A program made the position numbers and the translations under genes. DNA of 64,000 bases from contig JAUCBJ010008928.1 in the NCBI GenBank assembly GCA_032718475.1, forward strand, positions 120,760 to 184,759, read 5' to 3'. Origin of the DNA: Nemertoderma westbladi. Its lineage: Eukaryota > Animalia > Xenacoelomorpha. The notes beneath the pieces are model-generated. The model had not been told where the DNA came from, searched no databases, and was given only the letters and a program-made list of their open reading frames with translations. This document shows, in pieces, positions 1 to 11,748 of the stretch (position 1 is its first letter; the number at the start of each line of letters is the position of its first letter).

Positions 1-391
1 TTAAAATCAGCTCTGATAAACAACTTGCATATCGAGTTTGTAAAGAATTCATAGGGATTGGCTGTTTATTTAGGGGTTAACATTCAAATTGATTACGAAG
101 AAGCAGTAGGGGTCATTAATGGTATGCTGAGACTCACTTACTTCATGGCTCGCTCTCATAGAATAGATTAACTAGTAGAGAAAAATGAAAAATAAGTGGT
201 TAAACATCTTATATTTTTTAAACAATATGGGGAAACAAGAATAAATAATTTACCGACAACATCAATATTAAATAATATAACAACAACGGATAAATAATTT
301 ACCATCAACATTAATAATAAATAATATAAGAACATCAACAATAACAAAAGATATAGTCAGAACAGTTTTTAATAAATAGAGACTGTTTATA

Positions 392-2101
392 TTAATAGGG
401 TTGCTGGCCTCCGAGAATAACTGGTTTAACCCTTTTAGGGTCCGATACTATTAATGGTTGCGATAATTTTCTCTTTAATAGATTGTTGAGATAGCCTTTT
501 CTTGGGGGGTGAAATAGATTAAGGTGTGTTTGCTGCGGGAGAAATATGCCTTCTCTGAGAGAACGTTTTAGTAATTCGAAAAGGCGCGCGATGGTAAAGT
601 CGTTGGATAGGGTGATAGTGTTGGTATTTTTCGTATTGGTGAATATAATTTCTGTTGGTTTGTTCTCGATATGAATGTAAGGACTGAGATAGTAGTGAGA
701 GTTGGGTGGGTTGGTTATATTTATCGTGAGAAAATCGCTGCCCCTAATATTGAGACCGTTGGTGAACTGAAAAGTGGTATTCTCTTCGTCTTTCATTAAA
801 ATGGGCCAGATACCGACATATTTTTCGGATTTGAACTTATAGATAAAGGCTGCGATACTGCTATTTATGAGATAGCGCTGGTGATTGGGGATCGTAATCT
901 GCTTCGGTTTGAAAGCAAATTGTATAGCCATAGCCTTGAATCTGATTAGAGCCTCGCGCGCTTGAATCGTGTTAGCTATAGTAAAGGATTCGTTAAATTT
1001 TCTCTCGGTTATCTGTAAATCAATTTCTGAATCACTGATACAACTTTGTATCGATATTCGCTCGGAAATGTTGTCTTTGTATACGTTAAGTTCATCGTAG
1101 CAGACACATTCACTATCCTCGATGGTTGAATCGAACCATTTCAATTCGCCGACCTCGGTTGGTGTAAGAAGAATCATGCCCCTAGAAGAAACAATAGCCT
1201 TTCCATCGTCAACCTCGTAGCCATTGGTGATCGCTAAATTGCGCTCGTTCCGAATATTTGTAACAAACCCAAAAGTGCAATAGTCAAAAGCAACCCAATT
1301 GCCCGGTTTTAGGACAAGGTGAGTAGTAGGATTAATAAAAGGGCGACAGATGTTTACATATTGTTGAAATAAATTGGCGCAGGCGACGGAAAATGTGATC
1401 CATGAACTGTTTACCGTGTCTTCCAGCTTTATTAACTCGAGTGGTTTCACTGGGTTAATACTTCCATAGGTGCCAACTCTATAATTGAATCCAAAGTAAT
1501 AGGAGACTTTATCGGCGAAAAAGCATGTGAGCTCATTCAATTTCTCGCCGAAAGCGAGAACATCCTTATCGAAAAGTTTAAAGAAACGAGTCTCCTCTTC
1601 CTCGGTCGGAGTCGACGAGTTCCAGATGAGAAGAAGAATCGAGTTTGCGATACTATGAAAATCAAATAAGCGATCATCGGAGAAGAAGGAGGTTACGAGA
1701 GTGGTTAAACCCAGTAGACGATTTGCCACATCTTGGTTGATGTTTTCTCGAATAAAATCGACTATACTAGTTGGAATCGTAAACGTCTCGGGCGAAGTAG
1801 TTAGATTGAACGTTATTTTGTTGTCCCTTTTTAAAAGTTTGAAACCGTGGTTGGAGGAATGAAGTTTATTATCGTCGAGGGTTTGATATTGTCCATCGTG
1901 AAGTTCGTAGCAGGCACGGAAAATAAAGTGCGCGTAGTTTGCCGGAATCGGGATGGGTTGGTTTAAGGTTGTATTTATCGTTAACGGGAAGAGTTTGTTC
2001 GCCGAATCGAAATATAGACCAAACGAGTTGTCTTGTAGCATAAACTGATTTTCGTTGCAAACCAGATCGTTGCTTGAATAGCTGATTTCTGAATGTGCCA
2101 T
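392..2101 (-). CDS. Intronless 569-aa protein of unknown function with PC4/Sub1-like segments and a C-terminal bipartite NLS-like motif
   Basis: Long uninterrupted ATG-initiated ORF in AT-rich DNA. LVLKPGNWVAFDYCTFGFVTNIR...DGKAIVSSRGMILLTPTEVGEL resembles the PC4 ssDNA-binding pattern. Ends KRKLSQPLIVSDPKRVKP. ORF is solid; function is inference. Confidence 0.6.
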   Translation of the reverse strand: MAHSEISYSSNDLVCNENQFMLQDNSFGLYFDSANKLFPLTINTTLNQPIPIPANYAHFIFRACYELHDGQYQTLDDNKLHSSNHGFKLLKRDNKITFNLTTSPETFTIPTSIVDFIRENINQDVANRLLGLTTLVTSFFSDDRLFDFHSIANSILLLIWNSSTPTEEEETRFFKLFDKDVLAFGEKLNELTCFFADKVSYYFGFNYRVGTYGSINPVKPLELIKLEDTVNSSWITFSVACANLFQQYVNICRPFINPTTHLVLKPGNWVAFDYCTFGFVTNIRNERNLAITNGYEVDDGKAIVSSRGMILLTPTEVGELKWFDSTIEDSECVCYDELNVYKDNISERISIQSCISDSEIDLQITERKFNESFTIANTIQAREALIRFKAMAIQFAFKPKQITIPNHQRYLINSSIAAFIYKFKSEKYVGIWPILMKDEENTTFQFTNGLNIRGSDFLTINITNPPNSHYYLSPYIHIENKPTEIIFTNTKNTNTITLSNDFTIARLFELLKRSLREGIFLPQQTHLNLFHPPRKGYLNNLLKRKLSQPLIVSDPKRVKPVILGGQQPY

Positions 2102-2217
2102 TGTGATTGTGTACCGGTAACTCGTTTAGGAAATAAAAATAAATAAATACTTTTACGAAAATAATTAAAACTTTTCAGGAAAACAAAGAGACAATGATTG
2201 GGAATGTGGTGAACGGG

Positions 2218-2322
2218 GGCTATTATAGAGGGGGCTAGAATGGGTTAGCCAATCGGGGAACAGGAGGGAGAAAAGACTGTATAATTAAACCAATCAGAGA
2301 GCAGCTTTGATGACGTCACATC
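2218..2322 (-). promoter_or_regulatory. Compact Pol II promoter for the 569-aa ORF
   Basis: TATA-like CTATAATA on the - strand (~2221-2228) about 120 bp upstream of the ATG; CCAAT boxes AGCCAATC (~2247) and AACCAATCAG (~2288); perfect CRE TGACGTCA (~2311-2318). Confidence 0.5.
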
Positions 2323-2676
2323 AGGCGAGATAATGATTGCCCAATGTTATTCAATGGTAGGCAGAGTGGCGCCATTGAATAACGAAGACAAAGGGGCCGC
2401 CGCGAGAGGAAAGATTATAAAGTTAACCATAAGGGATCTATAAACCATAGAGCTAAAAATAGACATTATGTCATAGTGATCTCATTGGTAATATAAAACT
2501 AATTAATCTAAAAATAGAAATCAATGTATAAAATAAAAGTAATACAATTAATTAATTTAAAATAAAGTACAAATGAATAAATAAAGTAAAATAGAATACA
2601 ATTAATTAATTAAAATTAAATATAAATAAATAGGTATTAATGAATAAAAGAGCTGCGGTGTCACTTATGACACCCT

Positions 2677-2981
2677 CTTGAGCCGGCTCTGTGACAGTTA
2701 GACATCACTGATGACCCATTGTGTGTCAGGGCGCTAATCAGTCTGATTAATTAGGATAATCAATTAAACCCTAATTAGGAGTCATATGACACCTGTTAGG
2801 GTTTAATTGTACTAATTAATTGATGACATCTGTCAATTAGGGTCTAATTAGCCTAATTGGGAGGTGTCACCCAGACATTCTGGCGCCAATGACACCCAAT
2901 GACACCCATAGGGTGATAATTGGGTGTCATATGACACCCAATGGGTGTCAGTTAGGTCTAACTGTCACAGAGCCGGCCAAG
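2677..2981. mobile_element. MITE-like foldback element
   Basis: Inverted repeat GCCGGCTCTGTGACAGTTAGAC (2682-2703) / GTCTAACTGTCACAGAGCCGGC (ending 2977); internal palindromes TGTCATATGACA and CTAATTAG; flanking direct repeat ACCCT (2672-2676, 2982-2986). Confidence 0.65.
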
Positions 2982-3872
2982 ACCCTACTACTCCCATAGT
3001 ATTATAAAATATTGTTTGAAAGGAAACTGAAAGTAAAGGGGGTACAACGGATTAGCTACCCGCCCTGATACGATTAGTTAGTCCAGAGCAACGCTATAGA
3101 AAGCAGTGACAAGATGCTTGCGATTTTTGGACAAAGAATTAGCGGTTATTTACAGCTGCATGAATTTAGTAGCTAGTTAGAGCTACGTGAATCAAATAAC
3201 TTTCGTTGATTGATATTTGTTAATGAAAAATTAACGGACGTTGAACCTATGTGAGTTCGACAAGTTGGATTAAATAAGATGAAATAGTTTGATGCATGGA
3301 TATAATTAACCAGGCAATTGTTTGTGTGGAAATTAATTTGTGTTTGAGTCGATGGAAATTCATTTCTGGAAAATATTTGCGGATATAGGACAAAAACTAA
3401 ATAACACATTGACTATTTGGCGACTAGAGTTTACAATGTGTAAACAGCTGACAAATTGAATAAAGGGATTGAACATGACATAGAAATTGGATGGACCGGA
3501 TGACTGTTTGTAAATACAGCTGGTGTATCTGTAACAATAAGTTAACGGCTTATTGCTATAGCAATGCCTAAATAATAGAATGATACAGAAACACAATGAC
3601 TAACAGATGAATAGTATGACTCAATAAATTTGAGAGGACGGAATATAACTTGTAACCAAGGACATATAATATATTGAATTATCTGGAATATTACTTGATT
3701 AGAATAAACTTTATTGTTTATATTTAGGCCCTAGGATAGATTATTATTTAGCTATATTATATTATATTAGGAATTAACTTGCATTATTTATTATATTTAC
3801 AGCGCGACCCTATTTAGTGGTCAGATTTGCAAGTGACTTATTGAGCCATTATAGTGGCATTATTGGATCACA

Positions 3873-6391
3873 ATGGGAGATATACCAAAGACAATAACTA
3901 CTGTGAAGCAAGGAGAAGTCGCATCCTTACAGAGGAAGTATTGGGAAGCGCATAGAGCCACAGTTACTACGACCTACGGGATGCAGGAGTTAAAGAAGTT
4001 GGTTAAAACGAAGTTTCATGATCACACTAAGCGGTTACGAAAGGAAACAGTTAAGAATCCGACAGGTAAAAACAGTGGGTTTCTTTTAAGAAACGAGTAA
4101 AGGAAACAGGAATCGTGCTTATGGACACGGAAGGAGATGTGGGGCAGACGAGGTACCTACATATCTCAAACATAGAAGGCGATGTCTATGTTTTCGACGT
4201 CATGCAGGATGGACAGGACGACGAGACGAAGGAGATCGATAGGTTATAGGTTACCCGAGGAGGTACGGCACCTATTGCTCGATAAGACAAACATCTTATA
4301 TGGTTCAGACATAACAAAGGATATACGTGAAACGATAAGCGGCTACCAAGGGGCAACGTTGGATTGACAGGTGCTTTGTCTAGCATCTATGGAGTCGCAA
4401 GGAATGCTGCAGAGAGCAGGGATGATCGCACATGATCAACGAACATCAACGGGTAATATTGCAGTGATATTGGGACAACACGATCACAAACCGATCCCAT
4501 GGAGCAAGTACAAGAAACGATATCCTAACACAACTTTAACAGAGGAGGACTTTGTTAACAAACGACCAAAACCATGGAACAAATGACGCTGGCAACAGGG
4601 AGTGTTGACAGATATAAAGAAGGAATACATTATCCAGGAGGATATGACGCTGATGTCATTTCTCTGTCTATTTATGGCATATATTATCGGGGAGCATCCG
4701 GATAAATTCAAGAAAGGACAGAAGGATTCTTTGTCGATGAGGGACGCCGTTATAGTGGCGACGCGACCTTTATGGGGTACGGGAAGTGGGAACGTTATAT
4801 CCTACGAAGCGAATGAGTTACACTTCGACGAGTTGACGACTCAGGAGTTGAAGAATCCCACCAACAGGGAAGTGGTATGCCTCAGCTACGTGACGAGGAG
4901 CATGGGTACGTCGAGCGTACGATAGGAGATGACGTTAGAGGATTTCGAGATCATGGATAGCGATAAGGACAAACTGAGGCAACGGAAATTACCAATTATG
5001 ACAAAGCAACAACGGTACAGACATAACAAACGACAGGTGAAAGGAACGGTCGAGAGGCCAGAAGTTGGACGACCACCGGAGGTCAGTCCGTTAAGGGAAA
5101 TAATGAGGAGGAAGCGGATGTATACGGAATACGAGGTAACGCGCCAACCGGCGGAGGTTAACCCGAGACGGGTAGCGGTATCGGAATGTTTACGAGGAAT
5201 CAGATATGAGGCAATGCGGGAATCATCCGAACGGATCCAAAGGGACGACGAATCGACAACACGAACAAGCAAAGTAGAGAATCCAACGAGTTACAAGGGA
5301 CCCAAAGAGGACGGTTACGAAACGGAATATGATACTGATGAGTATCGGTTATTGGTCTGGAGTAGGGAAATAAGTCCTGAAACAGCGCGGGTACAGGATC
5401 AGTCAGCGACGATGAGGAGAGGCATCAGTAAGAAAGTGCCTGAACGCAGAGTCATATTAGGACCGACGAAGTAACAAGGGCGCATGCTACCGGACGGAAC
5501 ACGGGATCGGGGTAAAGGAATCGCCGTGCGACAGGTATTGCATAGCAACGAACCAGAAGGAGTTTCGGTTTACTTCAGAGACGAGCTAGAGGAGATGCAT
5601 AGCAAGTACGACCTATAGCAATTCAGGGAAGCTCAGTTACGGGAAAGATGCAATATGTTGGAACAGACAGTGTTGAAGCAAATACGGAGTGGCAAGGAAT
5701 ATGATAGAGAGCAATGTCTATGCGACACATTATTGCGACATGACGAGTCAAAAGCGGCTCTATTAGTAGCCCAAGGCCAGCAGGAGGAAATTATAACACA
5801 ACCTCAAATGGTCAGATTAACGAAACCAGAGAAAAGGGATTATCGTATGGAGCAACGGTTCACAAATCCATTGTATGGATTTTGTGGCAGCTTACACCAT
5901 ATCAAGTCGAAATGTTTGGCGAAAGAAATCGGAGTTACAAAGTGAACCTATTGTGGACGAGTGGATCACTTGCTAGCGGCGTGCAGGAACATGAACACAC
6001 GGTGTAAAGCGTGTGGCTTCAGAGGACATGGGGCACCGGAGTGCCACGAGCGTAATTCGGATCAATGGTTGATGAGATTCGAATCGTATGCCGCGGGCGG
6101 CAAACTTGCCTACCGAAGGAATAATCGAAACGGTATTCACTTGGGTTTCTACTACTTTACCAATGAGCAGGAGCGTCACATGACGAGATATGGAACGAAC
6201 TTTACTTATTAGGATTTAATTTCAGTATCATCGAGGATTAGCCCAGAGAGGATCCAAAGCGAAATATCATCAGTGGGAACGACGCAGTTGGATGAGTTCG
6301 GGCAGTGGCTAATGACGAACATATCACCAATGTATCTTCAACAACGAAGAAAACAGGATGAGGATTTGAAAGAAATACCTACGAAGCGTTA
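3873..6391 (+). pseudogene. Decayed ORF: DEDD-family (WRN/Mut-7-like) 3'-5' exonuclease plus three CCHC-type zinc knuckles; probable accessory ORF of BEL/Pao family 1
   Basis: Joined across frameshifts/stops: IVLMDTEG (ExoI-like, ~4112-4135), VYVFDV, LPEEVRHLLLDKTNILYGSDITKD (ExoII-like), KPWNK*RW...LTDIKKEYIIQED (ExoIII-like). C-terminal FCGSLHHIKSKC, *TYCGRVDHLLAAC, CKACGFRGHGAPEC. Same purine-rich composition as the downstream gag. Confidence 0.6.
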
Positions 6392-7255
6392 GAAACATTA
6401 TTGAATGGAGAGTTATGGATTTATATGGATTTATAACAGACTTTCATAAAGTGTTCCTTTTATAGTGAACAACAACAGAGAGATTATTTTTGTATTAAAG
6501 AGATCCTATATAGTGATCACATACATATATTCAGACATTATATAGACTTTATTATTCTAACCGAACTTTGATTTATAGGTTCTTTACATGTTAATCGAAG
6601 GACTATAATTTCGAGAAATATTATTTGGTTATTAATTTGTTTATTTCTTTATAGAAGAGCTATATGATGAGAATTAATCACTGTTATTTTTCTAGCAACT
6701 AATAATTTTTCTCATTTCAACGGGAACACAATGTAAGTAATAAAGTGTAAGTATGAAAGCGAGAACAATGCCCGATAAGTGAGGTAAAGTCATCAGGGGG
6801 AGCCTAAACACTTGTAGCAGGAGTGTTACAGCTAGTTCAAGGTGAGTGAATTTAGTTCGCAGGATTAGGCTAAAATGGGGATTGATTGAAAAGACGTATA
6901 CCATATATTTTGAGTGTAGGAATATGATATACGTCATTTCAATATTGCATATTATTGCATACGGGGGAGTTCCGAAAGTGAGGTAATTAATCATAAGAGT
7001 GAAAGAACTAACCAAAAGGGTGATGACTGAGGATAATATAAGTGAAAGGGAAGTAGTGTGATATGAGGCAACAATTAGCTAACAAGGGTGTGTACGAAGG
7101 ACATGGTGTGACACGAGCAAACAATGAACCAATGTGGAGTGCAAGTAGTAAAATTGGCAATATACGATTCAACGGCTTTGCATCTGTAAAGGGACCCATT
7201 GTATAAGGGTATAACAATTTGTAGAGTAGGTGATAACAACAACTCTTGGTACCAT

Positions 7256-7600
7256 GTAGGGGGAAGGGACTATGCCCTCATGGCCCTTTTAGTGGGAGTC
7301 AATGTGCGAATAGAAGTCGAACAGCTTACTGGTATGTGCTTATTGAGTTTCGATTATGATATATAAGCTATGATTTAGATGCAATTTATTATTCCATCTT
7401 GTGTTAGCGTAAGTTTACCGGTTGAGATCGCACATCGTCTCTCACTGTATGTGAAGATGATACTAACGGTGATAGAGTAAGAACAACATTATATTATACA
7501 TTAAACTTCTTCAACGCACTATCCTATCTTTTGACCTACCCGGGAGAGAGACCAAACCCTCGACTGGCTAGTATCCGTGCTAGTATGACGGCAGGATCCC
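7256..7600 (+). mobile_element. Polypurine tract and putative LTR/leader of BEL/Pao family 1
   Basis: GTAGGGGGAAGGGA (~7256-7269) followed by a non-coding stretch and then gag. No second copy in the window, so LTR limits cannot be fixed. Confidence 0.35.
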
Positions 7601-7659
7601 TGGTTCTGCTTCTGGGCAGGAACGACACAACACATCGAGAGAGCCCGGGCCGGTAGACT

Positions 7660-10050
7660 ATGCAGCTAGCTGAGAGAAGATACTCTCACAGTGAGAGACG
7701 ATCGCTGAGTAGCGGGCTCAGCGAAGATCGGCAACGAGGAATTCAAGACGTCAATCGACGACGAGACGAATGTGGACGGTCGACAACACGATACAGCGTT
7801 CGAAGGACGAGCGAAGCGAGGACTCTAAAGATGAGTGAAGTAAGTAAGACGATGTCTCTTGTCTCGGAGGATGGGAGAATCGACACGGGGCAACAGATAC
7901 CGGGGTATCTGTCGTCCCGTGTCGATTCTGCAACCCGGAAGTCTAGTTGTTGGAGCGGCCGGAGAGGTGTCTGGTGAGGACTTAATCAGACTAATTGAGA
8001 CTCCAGCAGTACAGATTGGGGCAGTCAGTAGCGCAGAGGAGGCAGAGATCTGGGACTCGGAGGGCAGATCCTACCCAGCGGTGGGAAGGAGAACCCTATT
8101 CCCGGAAACCCCAACTGAGCCCCTTTTAGTGGGAATAAGAAGGACGACGATGTCTTTGGGAGGAGCAGAGCCATGATCGACGACGAGTGGATCATCGATG
8201 TGTCGACCACGAGCTCATTCGACGATCGTGCCCACCCCAGACTGGGTGAGGAGAGATTACAACGAGAGGGAAATCGAGATGGGTCTAGATCAGGAGGTTA
8301 ACGAGCTTCTCAGGAGAAAAGGAACATTCACCACAGGACAGATAAGTACTGTACTTGGAAAGATCAATAATTACTTGTACCAGTTGGAAAAACTCGGTAA
8401 GATTTTAAAAGAGAACGGAGAATGGGAGCTCTTAAAGTAGCTGATGATGTGAACCAATGTTATCATAAAGAACCACAAATGAGAACAGAACAACAACAGA
8501 ATTACCCAGTGATAGAGCAACCAATACATAGAAATAATGAGGAATGTGATATGAATAGACAGCTAGATCAATGGCCAGAAAGCAGCCACGTAGAGGAACC
8601 GCGACCAACGGCAATAGTTAGGAACAGCACACCGATTCCGAAGCAACCGGAAATGGACCAGAATATTACGGGCGCCGGAAGTATTAAATTTCCGTTGTTA
8701 GGAGAGTGGAGAACGGACGAGAATCCACGGGGGGAGCAACCACCTCGGGATAGATATCGGGAAACACAACCAGCCAATATAACGAGACAAAATGAAACGA
8801 CAACAGAGGCAGTGTTGGGACATATGGCAACGTTGGCCGAAGCATTAAAGACACGATTTGAACTACCAGAAGTAAAACCTTTTGAGTTCACTGGATAATA
8901 CCCTGAAGAATTTATCCAATTCAAACAACTATTTATGATGGAAGTGTACAATAAAAACATCTCGGATCAACAAAAAATGAGATACCTATTAGCGTATACA
9001 GCATCAACCGCACACAAAGTAGCAAAGCAATACGTGGGATTAACAAACGGTTTGACATAAGCTTGGAAAGCATTAGAACGGAGGTCTGGAAATCCAGGTA
9101 AAATACTTCAAGCGACAGTGAATAAATTAGTCAAGAACGGGAAAATCGTAACAGTGCTGGAAATACGGACATTCACAGAGAGAGTTAATAAGGCATTAAT
9201 CTCTCTAGATGAGTTAGGAATGACACACGAATTAAACGCAACACATAACATGAGAGCATTAGTGGACTTACTACCACAGTACATGGGAAACTCATGGAGA
9301 AAGGAGGTGGCCAATATTAGATCGAGCAGAGGACGAGAACCACAACTCAGAGAATTAGGAGGATTTCTATCTGATCATGTGGAAATAATCTACAATCCAG
9401 TTTATGGAGAAGAATTACTACCGAGTAATATTAAAGTAAAAGAGGTCAAGAAGAAGGAGAAGGAGGAGAGTAATGATAAGAAACAGGACTACAAGAAAAT
9501 GTTCGACTCAGCAAGCGGGTCAGCCATACATAGTGTGTTGAGCGAAAGGTCACCAGCGAGACCATGGGAAAATGTCGTGAGATTCACGGAACCCGTAGAG
9601 AAAAACAATCGCAGTGCAAACGTCAGAGAAACACCAACAAGAGTGTGCAATCTACAAGCGAGATGTTATCTACAACCGAGGACAGACAACCATAGTCTAA
9701 AGGATTGTATTATGTGGAAGGGATTCCTAGCCAGTGGACAGTGGGAATACATTAGGTTAAAAGGGTTATGTAGTTGGTGTTTAAAGCATGGACATATTTC
9801 GAAAAGTTGTCGAGAAAGAAGGACCAAGGTAGACGATAGAAGTCGGGACTACCGGGGAAGGGAGACAAACCGCAGCAGGAGTGTGGAAGGCCACAGGGGC
9901 CAGGCATGGAGTAACAAGCGAGATTACAACCATGACAAACGGGGTCGTAACCAATATCGAGAACCACAAGGAAATGAGTATTATTATCAAAGCCAGTCGA
10001 GTAACGGGTGTCGGGTACAATCACCGATAGGAAATTATCAAAAATTATAA
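7660..10050 (+). pseudogene. gag: BEL/Pao gag (family 1), disrupted and 3'-truncated
   Basis: KPFEFTG*YPEEFIQFKQLF...ISDQQKMRYLLAY...*AWKALERRSGN is the BEL/Pao capsid-like (DUF1759-type) pattern. Knuckles CYLQPRTDNHSLKDC and CSWCLKHGHISKSC. In-frame stops at 8896 and 9058; no protease or RT follows. Confidence 0.8.
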
Positions 10051-10095
10051 AAGAAACATTTTCAGAGTCAAATTTTGTTTGTTTTTCGTTTAATT

Positions 10096-10237
10096 GGGGG
10101 CTGCCGCACCCAAACCCCCGCTTCTTTTGTTGGGGGCTACCGCCCGCGCCCCCAAACCCCTACTTCTTTTCTTGGGGGCTGCTGCCCCCAAACCCCCGCT
10201 TCTTTTCTTGGGGGCTGCCGCCCCCAAACCCCAGCAT
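10096..10237. repeat. ~36-bp GC-rich hairpin-forming tandem repeat, 4 copies
   Basis: TGGGGGCTGCCGCCCCCAAACCCCCGCTTCTTTTCT-type units at ~10096, 10131, 10173, 10209. Confidence 0.85.
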
Positions 10238-10859
10238 TTCCCTGTGTGCCCGTGGTGAAAGACCGTTTTGAAATAATCAATTCATGTTTGTATCATCAGA
10301 TAATAAATTGACTAAGCCTAAAGTGGGAGCTGTATTGAATGTTAACCAAATTAATATATAAATTACTACACAATATTATATAATTCAACAAAATCCTATT
10401 AAAAATATTGCAAGTAACCAGGATATTTAATTAATTTATAAATATGTAATGCTGAACACAGAATAAAGGTTGATTTTTGTCGATTTTACCCTGGAGAGGT
10501 ATAATTTTGATTGCAACAATAATATTCATCCCCATCTGCTACAATTTGAAGAAGACTATTACATAATAATACCTATAATTAAAACAATTAATTATTATAA
10601 TTATATAGTTAATAAAAACAGTATATCATTCGGGGGATGGAATTTATAGGTCATCTAATTAATTGTTTAAAGATTAGCAAACAATACAATGTAATTGCAT
10701 TGATAAAACCCATAAATAAAACTTGGATATAAAATGTAAAATCGAGATGCAAAAGATCACTTTCTGAGCTACGAAAGGAAAATTGGATACAACTTGTCTA
10801 GATACAAGCGGTCCGTTTACCTTACAAAATGAAAAATTCGAAGGTGCGAAGTTAAGAAC

Positions 10860-10965
10860 AGTCGGGGGGGGGGGAAGTATCGGGGGGGGGGGAAGTGTCC
10901 TACTTGAGCGGGGGGGAACTGTCCGGGGGGGGGGGGAGTGTCTGGGGGGAAGTGTCCGAACACCA
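10860..10965. repeat. G-run repeat (Gn-AAGTGTCC), probably a subterminal repeat of a non-autonomous DNA transposon
   Basis: About five G-tracts each followed by AAGTGTCC/AACTGTCC variants. Confidence 0.55.
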
Positions 10966-11339
10966 CTATAAATGTTGTATTACTTACTATCTCAGGTGAC
11001 AGAAAATATAATGACATAAATACTATATCCAATCCATGGCATGGCTGTTGTAATACAGTAATAGTTTATTCCGCAATATATTTGTATGGTTATTTTTTAA
11101 TTGAATTTTTGCAAAGTAGTATAATTAATGTTCTTAAAAATAATATTATTATTTTATACCCCTATGTAACCTAGGAAATTATCTACATTTTTTCGCTGCA
11201 GCTTTAAGAGTGTACATTGATTTAATATTATTTCAATACCCATATTACTACATCGGCATACTATATGCGTTGGCATTGTATCACACATCTCCATATAGAT
11301 GTATCAGCAGTTACTCGCACAGTTTCGAAACTTCGCATA

Positions 11340-11730
11340 GTTATAACTGTATAAAGATCGTCAGTCTTGGTTTAGGAAAAATATTTTAATGCAAAGCAGG
11401 ACGAGCGACAAGCGCAACGAGGCATATAATGAAGACGAGTACTGCGTAGACTATATTCCTATTAACCATACCTGGCTTCGCCTATTGAAGGCATCGGTAG
11501 TTATAAAGATTGTCCGTCAGTCTGCGTTTAGGAAATACGTTTAAATACAAAACAGGACGAGCACAACGACGTTTATAATAATGAAGACGAATACTGCCTA
11601 CTGCGTTGATTATATTCCTATAAACCATACCTGGCTTCGCCTATTGAAGGCATCGGTAGTTATAAAGATCGTCCGTCAGTCTGCATTTAGGAAATACGTT
11701 TAAATACAAAACAGGACGAGCACAACGACA
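11340..11730. repeat. ~160-bp tandem repeat, about 2.5 copies
   Basis: CCATACCTGGCTTCGCCTATTGAAGGCATCGGTAGTTATAAAGAT...GGACGAGCACAACGAC at ~11466 and ~11625, with a diverged copy from ~11349. Confidence 0.85.
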
Positions 11731-11748
11731 CTGGGAAAGACGCTGAAA

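Noticed and set aside
10008-11174. Short Pro/Gly-rich ORFs
   Set aside because: Derived from the 36-bp repeat and G-tracts.
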